A stretch of 64,000 nucleotides of DNA from Octopus bimaculoides (lineage: Eukaryota): contig NC_068982.1 in NCBI RefSeq assembly GCF_001194135.2, positions 152,063,954-152,127,953 on the forward strand, given 5' to 3'. Positions 39,707-52,615 of the stretch are shown here, piece by piece (within the stretch, counting starts at the first letter, position 1; every line of letters begins with the position of its first letter). The notes below the pieces were generated by a model that saw only the letters and a list, made by a program, of their open reading frames with translations, searched no databases and was not told where the DNA came from. The position numbers and the translations under genes are program-made.

Positions 39707-41159
39707 ATTTTTGAATATTAATAGAAAAAAATCATGGTTTGAATGTCTTTATTTCTTACACCCATGTCATTTGATAAATGCAAATAGATTTTTTTTAAAA
39801 CCATAACTGTTATAAATTAGATAGTTTACCTTCTCTTCTAAATCTAAATTATGCATTCTTTAAATTAAACATTTTGATCTCACAAACTATTCACTGATTT
39901 CCATAATTTTATTCATATATTTTACATTTCTATTGAAGTATTTCTGCCTTTATACAAATTTCAAAAATATTATTGAAGAAATGGTTAGGGTTGTGAGGTT
40001 GTTAAGATCATGGCCAGTGGATTTCAAGTTGATATTATTTTAGTATTTTCACTATACAGTCACATAAATCTACATGGGGATTTAGTCTCCCTAACATGAT
40101 ACTAATTATCAGGCCATAAAGAATTTGAACTGTCTTTCATCTACTTTGGATTATGAAAAACCATAGATAAGCTTATGCATTTTATAAAATATCTGAGTTC
40201 ATTAACAGCTTAATTTACTGTGTATTTTTTAATATTCATAAATTTAATTACAAATCATAAAATAATGGTTGAATTCAAGGTATTTTCATTTAATCCATAT
40301 TAATAAAAAAATATTCTGAGCTGTCTAAAAAAATCAGGTATTAATCATTAAAATAATTCTGTCAACTTTTTCAGATTTAATGAATCTTAAGCAATCTTTT
40401 TATCTAAATTTGAACTTAAAATTTCAAATTTCTAAATTCCTTATATGAATATATAATGATTTGTAGGATTAAAATTTTTGAATAAAGTGGGTTGTTAAAA
40501 TAGCTTTATTTTATTCAATTCTAGCGGATCAAATGACTTGTTTAGGAAAGGGAAAATTATTCTTACACTCAAAGATGTAGTATCTCCTTTTGAAGTTCTA
40601 TTGAGCTATCATAAGGAAAGCAAAACAATATGAATATCATAAAACAAGTTTAAAAATTGAAAATATGCCCCTACCCCAGCAACACAAAAGAATTGGATAT
40701 TTTTTCGCCTCACAAAATGCTCTTAACTTATTGGTAGTAGTATATTGTGCCCTGTTCAGTTTATCAAAATAAACTGATTAATTCAAAGTCAAAAGTGAAG
40801 CTAAAATGAAAACTTGTAATTTTGGAAGTTCACCAAGATGAAAATCAAGTATTACATTATTGTAGTTGATATTGTTCATTTAATAAATGAGAACTAATCT
40901 TCAATATTGCTAGAATATCAAGGTATATATTTTTTTTACCAGGCTGTGAAATCATAAACCCCACCCTATACTCAGTCCTACACATTCTCAAACATGCATA
41001 AAAACACAAATTGTCACAGAAATACAGGTGAAAACTAAATGGCATTTGTTTCTTTTGTTATAATAAATTTATGCACAAATATACAAACTTCATGCATACA
41101 TATATACCAACATATATCAGTTTATCTATAAAAGTTTGGAGGTGCAGACATGAGTCCAG

Positions 41160-41930
41160 GGTGAGGTATAACCATGTGGTTAAGAAGCTTACTTCACAGC
41201 TATGTAATTTTATGTTCTCTCAATTACATGGTACCTTCAGCAAGGGGCTTTCTATATACATGTATGGGGAGGGGGATGAGGATTACTTTCCAAACCACAT
41301 GGTTTTAGGATCAGTCCCATTACATGGCACTTTGGACAAGTACAGCCCCAGCCAACTAAAGCCTTGTGAGTGCATTTGGTATTTGGAAACAAAAAGAAAC
41401 ATATCATATAATATATATGTATATATGTATGTGTGTGTGTGTGTGTTACTGTCTCTTTGCTTTGACATTATGTGATAACTGATAACTGTATGCAAGAGTT
41501 ATTGTCGTGCTAGTGGAATTCTTCATTTTCAATCTTCTGTGGAAGCATGTTTGGTCATGGGGTAATATTATCTTATTTGGAAGTAGATGAATGCTGGCAG
41601 CAAGAAAGGCATCCATCCAACTTTAGAAAGCCTGCTTCAGTGAATTTTGTTCAATCCATGTGAGCATGGAAAAGTAGACACTAAAGTGATTATGATATAT
41701 ATGTGTGTGTGTGGGTGTCTGTGATTGTCTCCCACCACCAATTGACAACTGGTGTTGGTGTGCTTAGGCCCCCATAACTAAGCAGTTCAGCAAAAGAAAC
41801 TGATAGAATAAGTATCAGGTTTTAAAAAAATAAATAAGCACTGGGGTCGATTCATTCGACTAAAAATCCTTCAAGGTGGTGTCCCAGCATGGCTGCAGTC
41901 TAACGACTGAAACAAGTAAGAGAATAAAAT
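41160..41930 (+). mobile_element. Composite SINE: family A head(s), microsatellite, RTE-tailed module, microsatellite, family A 3' module
   Basis: Heads at ~41160 and ~41280; module 41445-41695 ends aaggcatcc...gagcatggaaaagtagacactaaagtgattatga and resembles 18068-18265; family A tail 41715-41930. Confidence 0.55.
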
Positions 41931-44807
41931 AATAGAAGAATATATGTGTGTGTGCATGTGTGTAACATTCATATATATATGCATCATATATGTAACTTAG
42001 GTGAATATTTTTATGTTTACATATTTTCATAATAGAAAACTTTGCTGCATGAACCATAATGACATAGGGAAATATCTTAGAGGAGTATTCTACAGACTGT
42101 ACACATTCAGTGGGAGTATATGTAAGATGATATTTTATTCATCTTTCAGTGTTTGACAGGGTCTTTTCAATTATTAAGATGTTTATTGATATTCAGAAAA
42201 GTATCTGAGTGGGTATATGAATGCTTTTTCTCTATTGATAAATTAAAAGAATTTGCTACATGATTTAGTGAAAGCACTGAAGATGAATAAAGATTATTGA
42301 GAAAACTTTTTATATTTTTTTGAGAAAATTATTTCTATTTTGAATTTATTGTAATTAAAGTCGTCTCCTTTTTCTCATTCTAATATAACATTTAGCTAAT
42401 TTAACATTTGTCACATTAGACTGGCTGCTAAAAAAAACGATAGGAAAGCAACATTATGACCATATTTATAATGAAAGCCAAACCTTAAGAAATTGACCAC
42501 TAATAAATCTTGACATAAAACTCACACTTAATTTTTACTGAGAACAAAAACTATACTGTCAAATAAAATAGAATCAATTTTGTATTGAAAGTATATGCAT
42601 GTATTGTTTTATTTTTACCTAAAATGTAACATATCCACAATTAATCCATTGGAATTGTGCTCAAAGAAGAGAAAATGAAGCATGAGAATCAAAAGATAAA
42701 TTCATTTGAATTATGAAGAGAAAAAGGCAGTACGTTCTTTCAAATAATATGAAACATAGAAACATTATGGTTTAATTTTGTTATAATTGCAGCCATGTAT
42801 CCCTCAAATATCTTCCTATCATCTTAAAAGAAAGGAGGTATGATGGATAAAATAAAGCTCAATATCTTCTTTCTGACAAGAATAGATTTGATGGTCAAGG
42901 CTAGAAAACTTTTGATCATATATATTTCAACTGAATCAATGATAACAGGGCACTGGGATGTCAAACAACAACCAACTTATACTTGGTAAAACTTATATTA
43001 GATACTGGCAGAAGGCTGAGAGAAATCTGTCAAGTGAGAGGAATGGGAAAGTTAATATATTTGTAACTCAGAATCAGATATTTACCATGCATTCCCTCTT
43101 TTATTGGTAAATAATGTACACTAACAAATGTGAAGGACGCATAATCTATTGAACACAAGATTTTAAAAAATTTATGTGTCCTTTGGCAATATTTGAAGAA
43201 CACTAAGGAGAGAGAATTACAATACTCAATGTTTGTGAAATAATGGAGCCAAGGAGGAACTTTAGTTTGATCAATGGTAAGGAATTTTCTGACATTTGTT
43301 TATATGGGAAAGATCAATAATTGGGTTGATATATCGGTAATATATTTAACATATTATAACACTGACAGTTTTACCTCCTCTAACATCTGTGCATTTATGT
43401 CATCAAAATGGAGGCTTTCAACAATGAACTTACCATGCTTGTTAAGAAAATAACTATAGTTTCTGATTTTGTTGTATTAAGTTTAAGGCAATGATATATT
43501 GAGCCAGTTGCTTATAGTGATATGGATGGGAGGTAGATGTAGGTGCCTTACATTGGAGAAAGAGATGTGGTATTCTTGAAAGCTTGAAGGTCACTTGTAT
43601 AGTTATAAGCATCAAAATCAACATTACTGAAGTAAGCTCTAAGTTGACAAATATATGCTGGTACATTACACAGTACATTTGTTTCTTATTTTGCTTGATT
43701 AATTATTAATATTCTAGTATAGACCTGAGTTTAAGAAATTCACCATTATAAAAAATTCTTCAGTTTCTTAGGCTGTAAGAGTCCTTTGAAATATATCAAA
43801 TATTACAGATTTAATATGCTAATAACAGGATAAATAAGTAGCAGTTGTTATAAGCATTCTTGGGAATAACATTACAGTCAAGACACAAGTCACACAGCAG
43901 TGTACCTTTTGTGATAGAAATGATAATCTTTCAGCTCTTTCATTAAATCAGTTCTTTCGTGTGATGGTAATTCATAGATGAACAAAGTATATGACTGAAG
44001 GGAGATTTATTAAAAAAAGTTAAGAATAAAGTTTTTGTCTGCAGATTATTTGAAATCAGGTGATAAGAAATTCTCCCCTAAGTTTTTCTCATTTTTGAGA
44101 AAAAAGTTCTTCAGAATGTTCCATATAAATGGGAAGGTAACATATTCATTTAAAAGAAACTAAAATGCGAGAAATATATATTCACAATAAAATCATATGA
44201 AATTAAATATCTTTAATATATATGCATTTAAAATATGTCCCAATTAGTTTTAAAGGTATTATGATCAATTATGATAACATTTTTACAATAAAATAATAAC
44301 GTCTTAATAGGCACGACATTTTCACATTGTAAGGGATGGGAACTAAAAAAATTGGAGTTTTGACTGGTTTTCAAAATAAGAGAAGCCTGTCTTTTCAATC
44401 ATTCATGGAAACTAAGCTTCATATTTTCACTTCAAAAGATATAAAATAACAATGTATGCAGCTAGAAATTTATTGATTTATTTATTTCATTTGTGAGTAT
44501 GTTTTCTTTTCATATTATCATCGACAAATGAGGCTAAATTTCAAACATACAAAGAAAATATATAAGAAAGTATATATGTTTAATTGACACCACTTGGAAA
44601 TAGTTTCTTCTTTTTGAATAATTTTCACATTTCCTATCTGTGAAGAAGTAATTACATTGCACACTCCTATCATCATTGATGAGATGCGGCTCATTAACTT
44701 AATTAGGTTTATTCTATCCTGTTTATCTTTGTAAACACTATTTATATCACGTTTTATATATACTTCAATAATTTTATTTGAATTTGTTTCAAATTCATGT
44801 TTCATTA

Positions 44808-45945
44808 ACATCATCATCATCATCATCATCATCATCATTATCATTATCATCATTTAATGACTGTTTCCCATACTGGCATGGATTGAAGAGCTGGCTAGCC
44901 AGAGATCTGCACCAAGCTCCAATTGTCTGTTGTGGCCTGGTTTCTATGGCTGGGTGTCCTTTCTAATGCTAACCACTTTACAAAGTGTGCTTTTGTTTTG
45001 TGACACCAGTATGGGAACCTTTTACATGGAACCCACATGGGTGCTCTTTATGTAGTACCAGCATGGGTGCTTTTCACATGGCACCGGCACAAGTGCTTTT
45101 TACATGGCACCAGCATGAGTACTTTTTATGTGGCATCAGCATGGTGTGTTTTACCTAATGCCAGCATGAATGCTTTATACGTGGTACCAGCATGGATGTT
45201 TTATATGTGGCACCAGTACAGGTGCTTCTTACATGACACCAGTATGGGTGCTTTTTAGGTGGAACCAATATAGGTACTTTTTATGTGGTACCAGTACCTA
45301 TGAGGTCACCTAGAAGCTTGCAAAACAAGGACCTCATCTAAGAGAGAGGGAGTGGAACTGAGAGAAGTGGTTGTGTGCCAAGCAAGAAGTTGGATTATGA
45401 TAGAGGGATAGGGGTAGCTGTTTTACTACAGAGGAGATACTGTGCTACACCAGTAGGACATGGAAATAGGGGGAGCTGGGAGAGAAGAGACAGTCAGAGT
45501 GAGAGAGAGAGGGGAGTATAAGTAGTACAGAGAGGATAGAGGTGATGTTTCATAAGAGTGTGAGGGCAGATATTTAGAGATAGCAAGTGATGGTGAGAAG
45601 AATTGGAGTGGCTGGGAGATGGGTAAGGTAGACACATAAAGGCGTTGTGAGTGTGCAGAAAGACACATGAGGGAAAGTGGAGAGTCCTGCAGTGGATGGT
45701 GGTGGTGGTGGTAGTGGTTGGGGAGATGGTTTGTGGGGAAGTTTTGCCAGAGGACAATTATGCATGTGTGTGATTGGAAGTTGGGGCTGTAGAGGACATA
45801 CCTGTATGCATGAATGGCCATGATTTTATTTATTCTCAAGCACAGCAAATCACCAGAAGACACAGTCCCTTGTCATCTCCTCTGTGAGACTCAACATCTA
45901 AAAATCATTTTTTATCACTTCATCCCATGTCTCCCTTCTACAGAT
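44808..45945 (-). mobile_element. RTE family B 3' end with long 3' UTR containing a 26-bp tandem array
   Basis: Minus strand 45830-45935 reads TWDEVIKNDF*MLSLTEEMTRD..W*FAVLE; then a low-complexity block, ~12 units of ~gtgcttttatgtggcaccagcatgg (44995-45300), the terminal block and a (TGA)n tail. Confidence 0.75.
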
Positions 45946-46095
45946 TCCTTCTACAATTAGAAATCAGCACTTCTTTCCTCATCCATATGCCGAAAACTAT
46001 GGAAAAAGATTAACTGGCAAAATTTATAATATAAATGGTTAAGTAAAATCTACAATTTACAAATTTGATTTAGATAACAAGTAACAGATTAGAAC

Positions 46096-46602
46096 CATGC
46101 TTCACAAACTTTTTCCAACTACCACCCACTTCTATTTACAAACACTGTTTTGATGCACCCTTGTTTATGATTCAGCAAAATTTATTATGTTATTTGTACA
46201 TATATCTGTGCACACAAGTCAGCAATTCACCTAATGTTAATCATGCAGTGGCTGTTTATTACATGTATAAAAATACACAGAAATTATGAGTCTTTTAAAT
46301 AATACTTTTGCGTATTGTTAAAAATTTACATGCACAGGTGGCATATGTTTGGTTTTGTTTATTTACTTATTCACATTTTGATGTCTAATGTTATTGTTGC
46401 TATTGTTATTGTCATGGATGTGACTGTTAAGCAACTTATTATTATATTTATGTTATTTAAAGTTAATATTTAAACTGAAGACAAACACAGAAAACAATGT
46501 GCAGATGCATCTATTGCCCCTATCACTACTTTTATTCCTGGTACCTATATAAGATTTTTAGAAATCCTCAGGGGCAATATCACCAAATTTGGGAAACACT
46601 AC
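46096..46602. mobile_element. Possible hAT-type non-autonomous element
   Basis: Degenerate TIRs catgcttcacaaacttt / aaatttgggaaacactac and imperfect 8-bp flanks attagaac / gttagaat. Confidence 0.45.
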
Positions 46603-48847
46603 GTTAGAATATTTAGCTAAATGCAAACCATATATCATACTTAAAGGTTATGGGGACAATTTTGCTATGGCTCAAAATACTGATTAATCAACCCTCAAAA
46701 ATATAAGATTGAATTTATCAGTGAAAAGATGTCAAATAATATTAATATTAATTGGGAACTAATATCAAATAATATTGATATTAATTGGAAACAGCAATGG
46801 AACAACGACAATACTGCCATTTTATGATTGAAAAGTACAAGCAATAAAAGTAAGTTTAAATTTATTCAATTCAGTATTGCTGGATTTTGCCCCTGTACTT
46901 TGGAATCATTAGGTACAAGTGCTTTAGAATTTGTTGAGACATAGTATTAGAGACAATTATGATATAAATGTCGTTCTATATACCAAGAATGGTATATACA
47001 ATTTTAGGTAGATCATAACTATATCTATCATGATTTTTTTTTTACATAAAGTGAAATGATGGTGAGAACTGAATAAATTGCATTCAGTGGCATTAAGAAA
47101 CTCAGAGTTCTAAATATAAGTGTTTTATGCTTGTGTCATTTATTAAATATAGTCTTTGTTATATGTTCATATATATGTGTATATGTATGTATGCATATAT
47201 ATGAATATATCTCTATGATTAGTACTATTTTGTTATGCACATTCATAAAGCTGGAAGAAAATGGTGTTAAGCAATTTATCCAGTGTGCTGATGCTTCTAC
47301 CAGTTCACTGCCTTTGAATGTAAAGAAATAATAATAGTAACAATGATAATCTCAGCAACAATATATACCTTATAATAAAGTGAGTATAAGTTTTAAAAGT
47401 ATTAAAACCAGGATATCTTACATATTTCTCTTTGTTTAGAGTTTAAACCCTGAATAATTTGTACATCACCCCTCTCATGAGAACTTGCGGATAGACCATA
47501 AAGATACACACACACACACATATACATATGAATTGTAAGTGCTTGTATGCGTGTGTGTATGAGTGTGTGTAAGTGCATTTGTATATATGGGGAACAGCAG
47601 ATTTTCTTTCAGGCATGGTGTACTGAAAACTCAGCTGGGTCTTATTTTTTGTCCTTGCAGTTTATATGGACTGGTAAGGATCCCAAATGAGTTATCATTT
47701 CTAAACTTTCATGGTCTCAGCTTCATGGTGAAGTGATAGTAGCATATGTCTTATTTTCCTTAATAGCAGGCTGGAAGTGTGTGATTGATATGGATACCAT
47801 CACTAGAGTTTAGATTTCAGTTGTTAGATTTTTACATACCATCAATTAGGTGTTTATTTTAGTTTGTGACTAGTGTATATGATCTATGTGTTTATTTTAG
47901 CTTTGTACTGTATTATAGGTATTGCCTTTATCATTTATTGTCTATTTTTGAGTGGAATTTGTATAGATATGTAGACTCCAAATGGACAGTTAGTAATGGA
48001 AATAATCATTTCTTCATAATAATCGACCGGATTAGAAGTTTGAATTTTAAATTAAAGAATAAGGAACAAAATGCATAGAATATGCATATTTAATTTTACT
48101 TTTGCTTACTTATTATGAATTTGTTAAAATTCCTAGTCTTTAGTAATTACGTATAGGATTATTTAATCCTTTTAAGAAGTCATCAGCATGATATAAACCA
48201 AGGTATATAAATGAAACATCTTATGAAGTGTAACATTTCTTTTTCTCCACTAATGATATTCTAACTAGATTTTTTTTAGTTGTGTGATGTAGTGCATGGC
48301 AATTTCTCCTTGTAAATGCACAGTGAGTCAGCAGGGGGATTTAATACTTGCACAACCAATAAAACAATCAATGTCATGAAATTTACAACTTTCATGTTTG
48401 CAATCAAAATTATTAATCACATTGGTCATTAATAACATACTCGTTACAAAGGTAAACTCCGGACTGATATATAAATTTAACAATGAAAATCTATATTCTG
48501 GTAGTCTTTTCTTCTTGTTGTCTCTGGGGAAAGGAACATTAACCATGACCTTCACAGGTCCTTCAAAGGGGTAAGCTTGATGCTATTAATGTTGTTTAAA
48601 CTATTGCAGCAAATCAACACTTGTAAAAACATGAGCAGGGAGAAAATTCTAGAGAGCCAATGTCCTAGGGTAAAAGAACTGGTCATAAATGGTTAATGAG
48701 GGACCAAGTGGATTATGCAACAGGAGTGCCAGAGTGATGGAAATACGGAACCAGTTAGCTCAATGGAAATGTGTGTGTGTGCATACATGTACATGCATGT
48801 GTGTGTGTGTATGTGTGTGTGTGTATGTGTGTGTGTGTATATGTATA

Positions 48848-48895
<48 letters not shown>

Positions 48896-48904
48896 TACAC
48901 AAAC

Positions 48905-49470
48905 AGTGTAAAATTAACAGCAGAACTTGAAGTAATCCAGCAAATCTATACAAAGAAGATCATCTCAGCGTGACATGTCAGCTTCTGGAAGAGAGTGAAA
49001 AAGTTGACTCTACTCCCTAGAATAAAGGCAGGAAAGATATGCAGTGATATATATCTGGAAAATCCTAGAAGAACTTGTACCAAACTTTGACATTGAAAGC
49101 TACACAAACAGCAGAATAAGGTGTCACTGCATAGTACCAAAAATTGTAAAACTGTCCTCAGGATATAGGACCAGATATTGTAATAGCTTGGGTTTCAACG
49201 GCCCACAGCTCTTCAATATCCTTCCAAAAATCCTGAGATACCTACATGATGTGGATGCAGGTGCCTTCAAGACAAAACTGGATATCCTCCTGTCAAGAGT
49301 TCTGGATGAACTTACCTCACAGAAAAATATCCAGCTGAGAGTAACAACATCAAACTCCCTCATCCACCAAATGCCACATATCAGAGGAGGTTTTGAAGTA
49401 GCAAAAGCATAGCAAAGTTAATGGTGGTGCCCCAGCATGGCTGCAGCTCTTGAGCTGAAACTAGCAAAAA
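48905..49470 (+). mobile_element. CR1/L2-group LINE 3' end with intact 3' tail
   Basis: AELEVIQQIYTKKI...LYSLE*RQERYAVIYIWKILEELVPN...GPQLFNILPK...FKTKLDILLSRVLDE...SNSLIHQM, then tail ggtggtgccccagcatggctgcagctcttgagctgaaactagcaaaaa. Confidence 0.85.
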
Positions 49471-49527
49471 TATACATACACAGATATATATATATATATA
49501 CATATATATAAACTACTTAACATTATA

Positions 49528-49800
49528 TTAGTTATAGAAAAGACAGAGAGAGGAGACAGCACCCTTGCAGGACAGAGGGTAGTGCATATCCATGAGTGAC
49601 TGAATTCCAATTAGTCGAGTAACCCTTTTGTGGATGTGATCCATGATATCTGTGTGCATAGCAGCAGTACTGCCCCAGATGTGGGAGCTGTACTTCATTG
49701 TGGCCCTCACTTGAGCCTTGGAGAGTTTTAGGAGCTTTCAAGCAACGAAATACTTTCTCACCCCGAAGAGAAGGACCAATCTTTGCAAAAGAGATCCTTA
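49528..49800 (-). mobile_element. Jockey-like RT C-terminal remnant
   Basis: LLFGVRKYF..KLSKAQVRATMKYSSHIWGS...DHIHKRVTRLIG...AVSSLCLFY. Confidence 0.75.
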
Positions 49801-50617
49801 GTAAGAGGGAGGCCCAGCATTTGGAGTCACAGTGAGGGCTCTAACTGAACATCACTCATGCTTAGTGGAGATGCTGTGCAGTAGTGTCTTTCTTAATGTG
49901 AGTAGTGCTTCAGTTTTTTTTTTTACTTTTGCTGTTGAAAGAAAATGCTCCCAAGTTCTCTGTTTCTGGAAGCAATGTAGGTTTAATATGTGATGTCTAG
50001 GCTGAGTGTAAGTAACACATTAGTGTGGCGACAGTAGTAGTTGGAGTAACAGTTGTAGACAAAGAGATAGAGAAATAGGTCACTTGGGGATGGTAGAGGC
50101 CAGTGTGCAATGAGAGATTTTATTACTGATGTTATTATTGTTGATTCTGTAAGTATTGCCAAAGTTGCTTCTTTTACTGATGCAGTTGATGTTGTTCAAG
50201 TGTCTGCATTGTTAGTGTAGTTGTTTTAGTGGAAGCTGACAATATAGTTGCTTATGCCATCAAAGTTAATGTTGATGTTCATCAAGAATCAGTGTTGCTG
50301 TAGTTATTGTTGTTCTTGTCGTTGTGGTTGTCATTGAATATAGAGAATGTGGCACAGAGGTATATTAAACAAATTCCTTGTCTTTGTTTTTGTTTATTTT
50401 TCTGCTGGATCAATCAGAAGTAAAATTTGTATAAAGTATTATAAAGAGGCAAGAACACTCACCAATATCCCTTCCTTCTGAAGACAAAGCAAGGTCTAGA
50501 AATCTTGATTATTATTTAAGGGCTACATTATTATTTGGGAGTTAAACTGAAGAACCCATATAAAAATATTGAAAACTTTGATTAAAAAAAAGATAAAACT
50601 AGAACACTATAATGTAT

Positions 50618-50677
<60 letters not shown>

Positions 50678-50684
50678 TAGTAAT

Positions 50685-50781
50685 GCCCCAGCTTGGCCCC
50701 AGCTTGGCCCCAGCTTGGCCCCAGCTTGACCCCAGCTTGGCCCCAGCTTGGCCCCAGCTTGGCCCCAGCTTGGCCCCAGCA
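50685..50781 (+). repeat. 11-bp minisatellite (gccccagcttg)x8 inside a SINE/LINE tail remnant
   Basis: Eight units with one variant (accccagcttg), then gccccagcatagcc...cagtcatatgactgaaaa. Confidence 0.95.
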
Positions 50782-50827
50782 TAGCCTTGACTTGGCTACA
50801 GTCATATGACTGAAAATGGTATACATA

Positions 50828-51018
50828 CAAGGGGGTGCTGAAAAGTTACAGGCTTTGGATAAAAGAAAATATAGGAGTATCAATTAATTACAATTTTATT
50901 CAACATATTCCCCTCTCAGATTCACAGACTTATTGCAGTGGTCCTTCAGTTTTTCTAAGCCCTGTAAAAGAACTCAGAAAGTTGGCCCTCTGACCAGGAA
51001 CTTTTCAGCACCCCCTTG
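50828..51018. mobile_element. 191-bp Tc1/mariner-type MITE
   Basis: Perfect 20-bp TIRs caagggggtgctgaaaagtt / aacttttcagcacccccttg with TA on both sides. Confidence 0.9.
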
Positions 51019-51449
51019 TATACACACACATGTGCACACACACACACACATACACACACACATAGTGTTTTGAAGTCAATTTATGAGAGCAAGGCATTTT
51101 GTTTTTAAAGGAAGATGCTTATTGCCAGAGCTATTTTGCAGTAAAGGTGCTTAAGTTGAGGTGAGCTTCATCTCAGTTCTTTCTTTAACCACTTCGCATA
51201 TATCTGACAGAAGGCTTTTTATGAGCTTTTTCGTAGCATTGAAACAGATCTCGGTTTAGATGTAGAGTTAAAATAAAATGAGAGGAGTGCTTACGTCTTC
51301 TCAGATAGCTTACTGGTGGTGTAATGCTGTTTATGTCATTGGTGTTGTTAATTTTAGCCATGATCATGTTAGAAAAATTCCACATAGTATCAGTTATATT
51401 TTTTAAAAATCTGGTGTGAATGATGCTATGTTGCTAAGTAAAAGGTGTT

Positions 51450-51810
51450 TCGCTTATTTACATTGGAGAAATAAACCAGTTGGTTTATAAACCAGGAGGA
51501 GTTGGCATAAATTTAGAAGAAAATGTCCAAAAAGAACTTTTAAATGGTCCTCTATGCCTGCACATCTGATGTTAATGCTACTATCTTTATATATATATTT
51601 ATGGGTGTATGTATTTGTGTGTATGTATGTATATTTGCATGCATGTATGAAACAGGCCACTTTCAGTTTTTGTCTACCAAATCCAGTCACAAGAGGTTTG
51701 ATCAATCTGGGGCTATAGAAGAAGATATTTGTCTAGTTTTTCTATACAGTGGGACTGAATCAGAAATGTATGAATGGGAAACAAACTTCTTAACCACAGA
51801 ACCATGCCTG
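51450..51810 (-). mobile_element. SINE family A copy
   Basis: tttcagtttttgtctaccaaatccagtcacaagagg...ggctatagaagaagata...gggactgaatcagaa = reverse complement of the family A head. Confidence 0.6.
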
Positions 51811-51831
51811 CACTGTATGTATGTAACTATT

Positions 51832-51887
<56 letters not shown>

Positions 51888-51927
51888 AATACATACATAC
51901 ATATATATATATGTATATATATATATA

Positions 51928-52440
51928 CATCGTCATCATCATTTAACGTCTGTTTTCCATACTGGCATGGGTTGGATGGTTCGACTGGGGTCTGGGAAGA
52001 CAGGAGGCTGCACCAGGCCCCAATCTGATCTGGCAATGTTTCTACAGCTGGATGCCCTTCCTTTCGCCAAACACTCCGAGAGTGTAGTGGATGCTTTTTA
52101 CATGCCACAAGCACAGGAGCCAGAAGAGCTGGCATTAACCACAATCAGATGGTGCTTTTTACAGCACAGAAGCCAGTCAAGGCAACACTGGCATCGGCCA
52201 CGTTCAGATGGTGCTTTGTACATGCCACCAGTATGAGGGTCACAACTACAATTTCCATTTGATTGTAATTTGATTTAATTTGCTTTGATTTTGATGTTGA
52301 TGTACTTGACTCAATAGGTCTCCTCAAGCACAGCATGTCACCCTACGTTCCAAGGTACTTTTGAGTGGGCTGGTTATGCGATGCTGGTGTAGGTTACAGC
52401 TGTGAACTCACTTTATCTGCCGGGTCTTCTCAGTCACAAC
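51928..52440 (-). mobile_element. RTE family B 3' end (last ORF2 codons + 3' UTR + TGA tail)
   Basis: Minus strand starts VTEKTRQIK* near 52440; terminal block at 51940-52110; tca repeats at 51928-51941. Confidence 0.75.
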
Positions 52441-52454
52441 ATAAGTTTATGGAA

Positions 52455-52615
52455 TCATTAGCATGCCAAGCAAAATGCTTAACAGTATTTCGTCCATCTT
52501 TATGCTGAGTTCAAATTCCACTGAGGTCATCCTTTTGGATTCGATAAAAATAAGTACCAGTTGAGTACTGGAGTCAGTGTAACTGACTTAATTCCATCCC
52601 CAAAATTTGAAACTT
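52455..52615 (+). mobile_element. SINE family B copy
   Basis: aaatgcttaacagtatttcg...gagttcaaattccactgagg...gataaaaataagtaccagttgagtactgg; includes the B-box-like gagttcaaattcc. Confidence 0.7.

Noticed and set aside
47613-47673. Acceptors at 47612 and 47660 with donor gtaagg at 47674 (61-nt or 13-nt exon)
   Set aside because: Neither length is a multiple of 3, so inclusion after the phase 0 S4 exon would shift frame unless paired with another exon; no homology support. Only junction reads could revive it.
48328-48555. 75-aa Cys-containing minus-strand ORF
   Set aside because: No recognisable family or splice context; length within chance expectation.
50685-50781. CRISPR-like appearance of short repeats (also 44995-45300)
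   Set aside because: Head-to-tail units without unique spacers in eukaryotic intronic DNA; no cas genes.
50617-50883. ORFs with repeated PQLGPSLAPAW / WGQAGAKLGPS
   Set aside because: Translation of the 11-bp tandem repeat.
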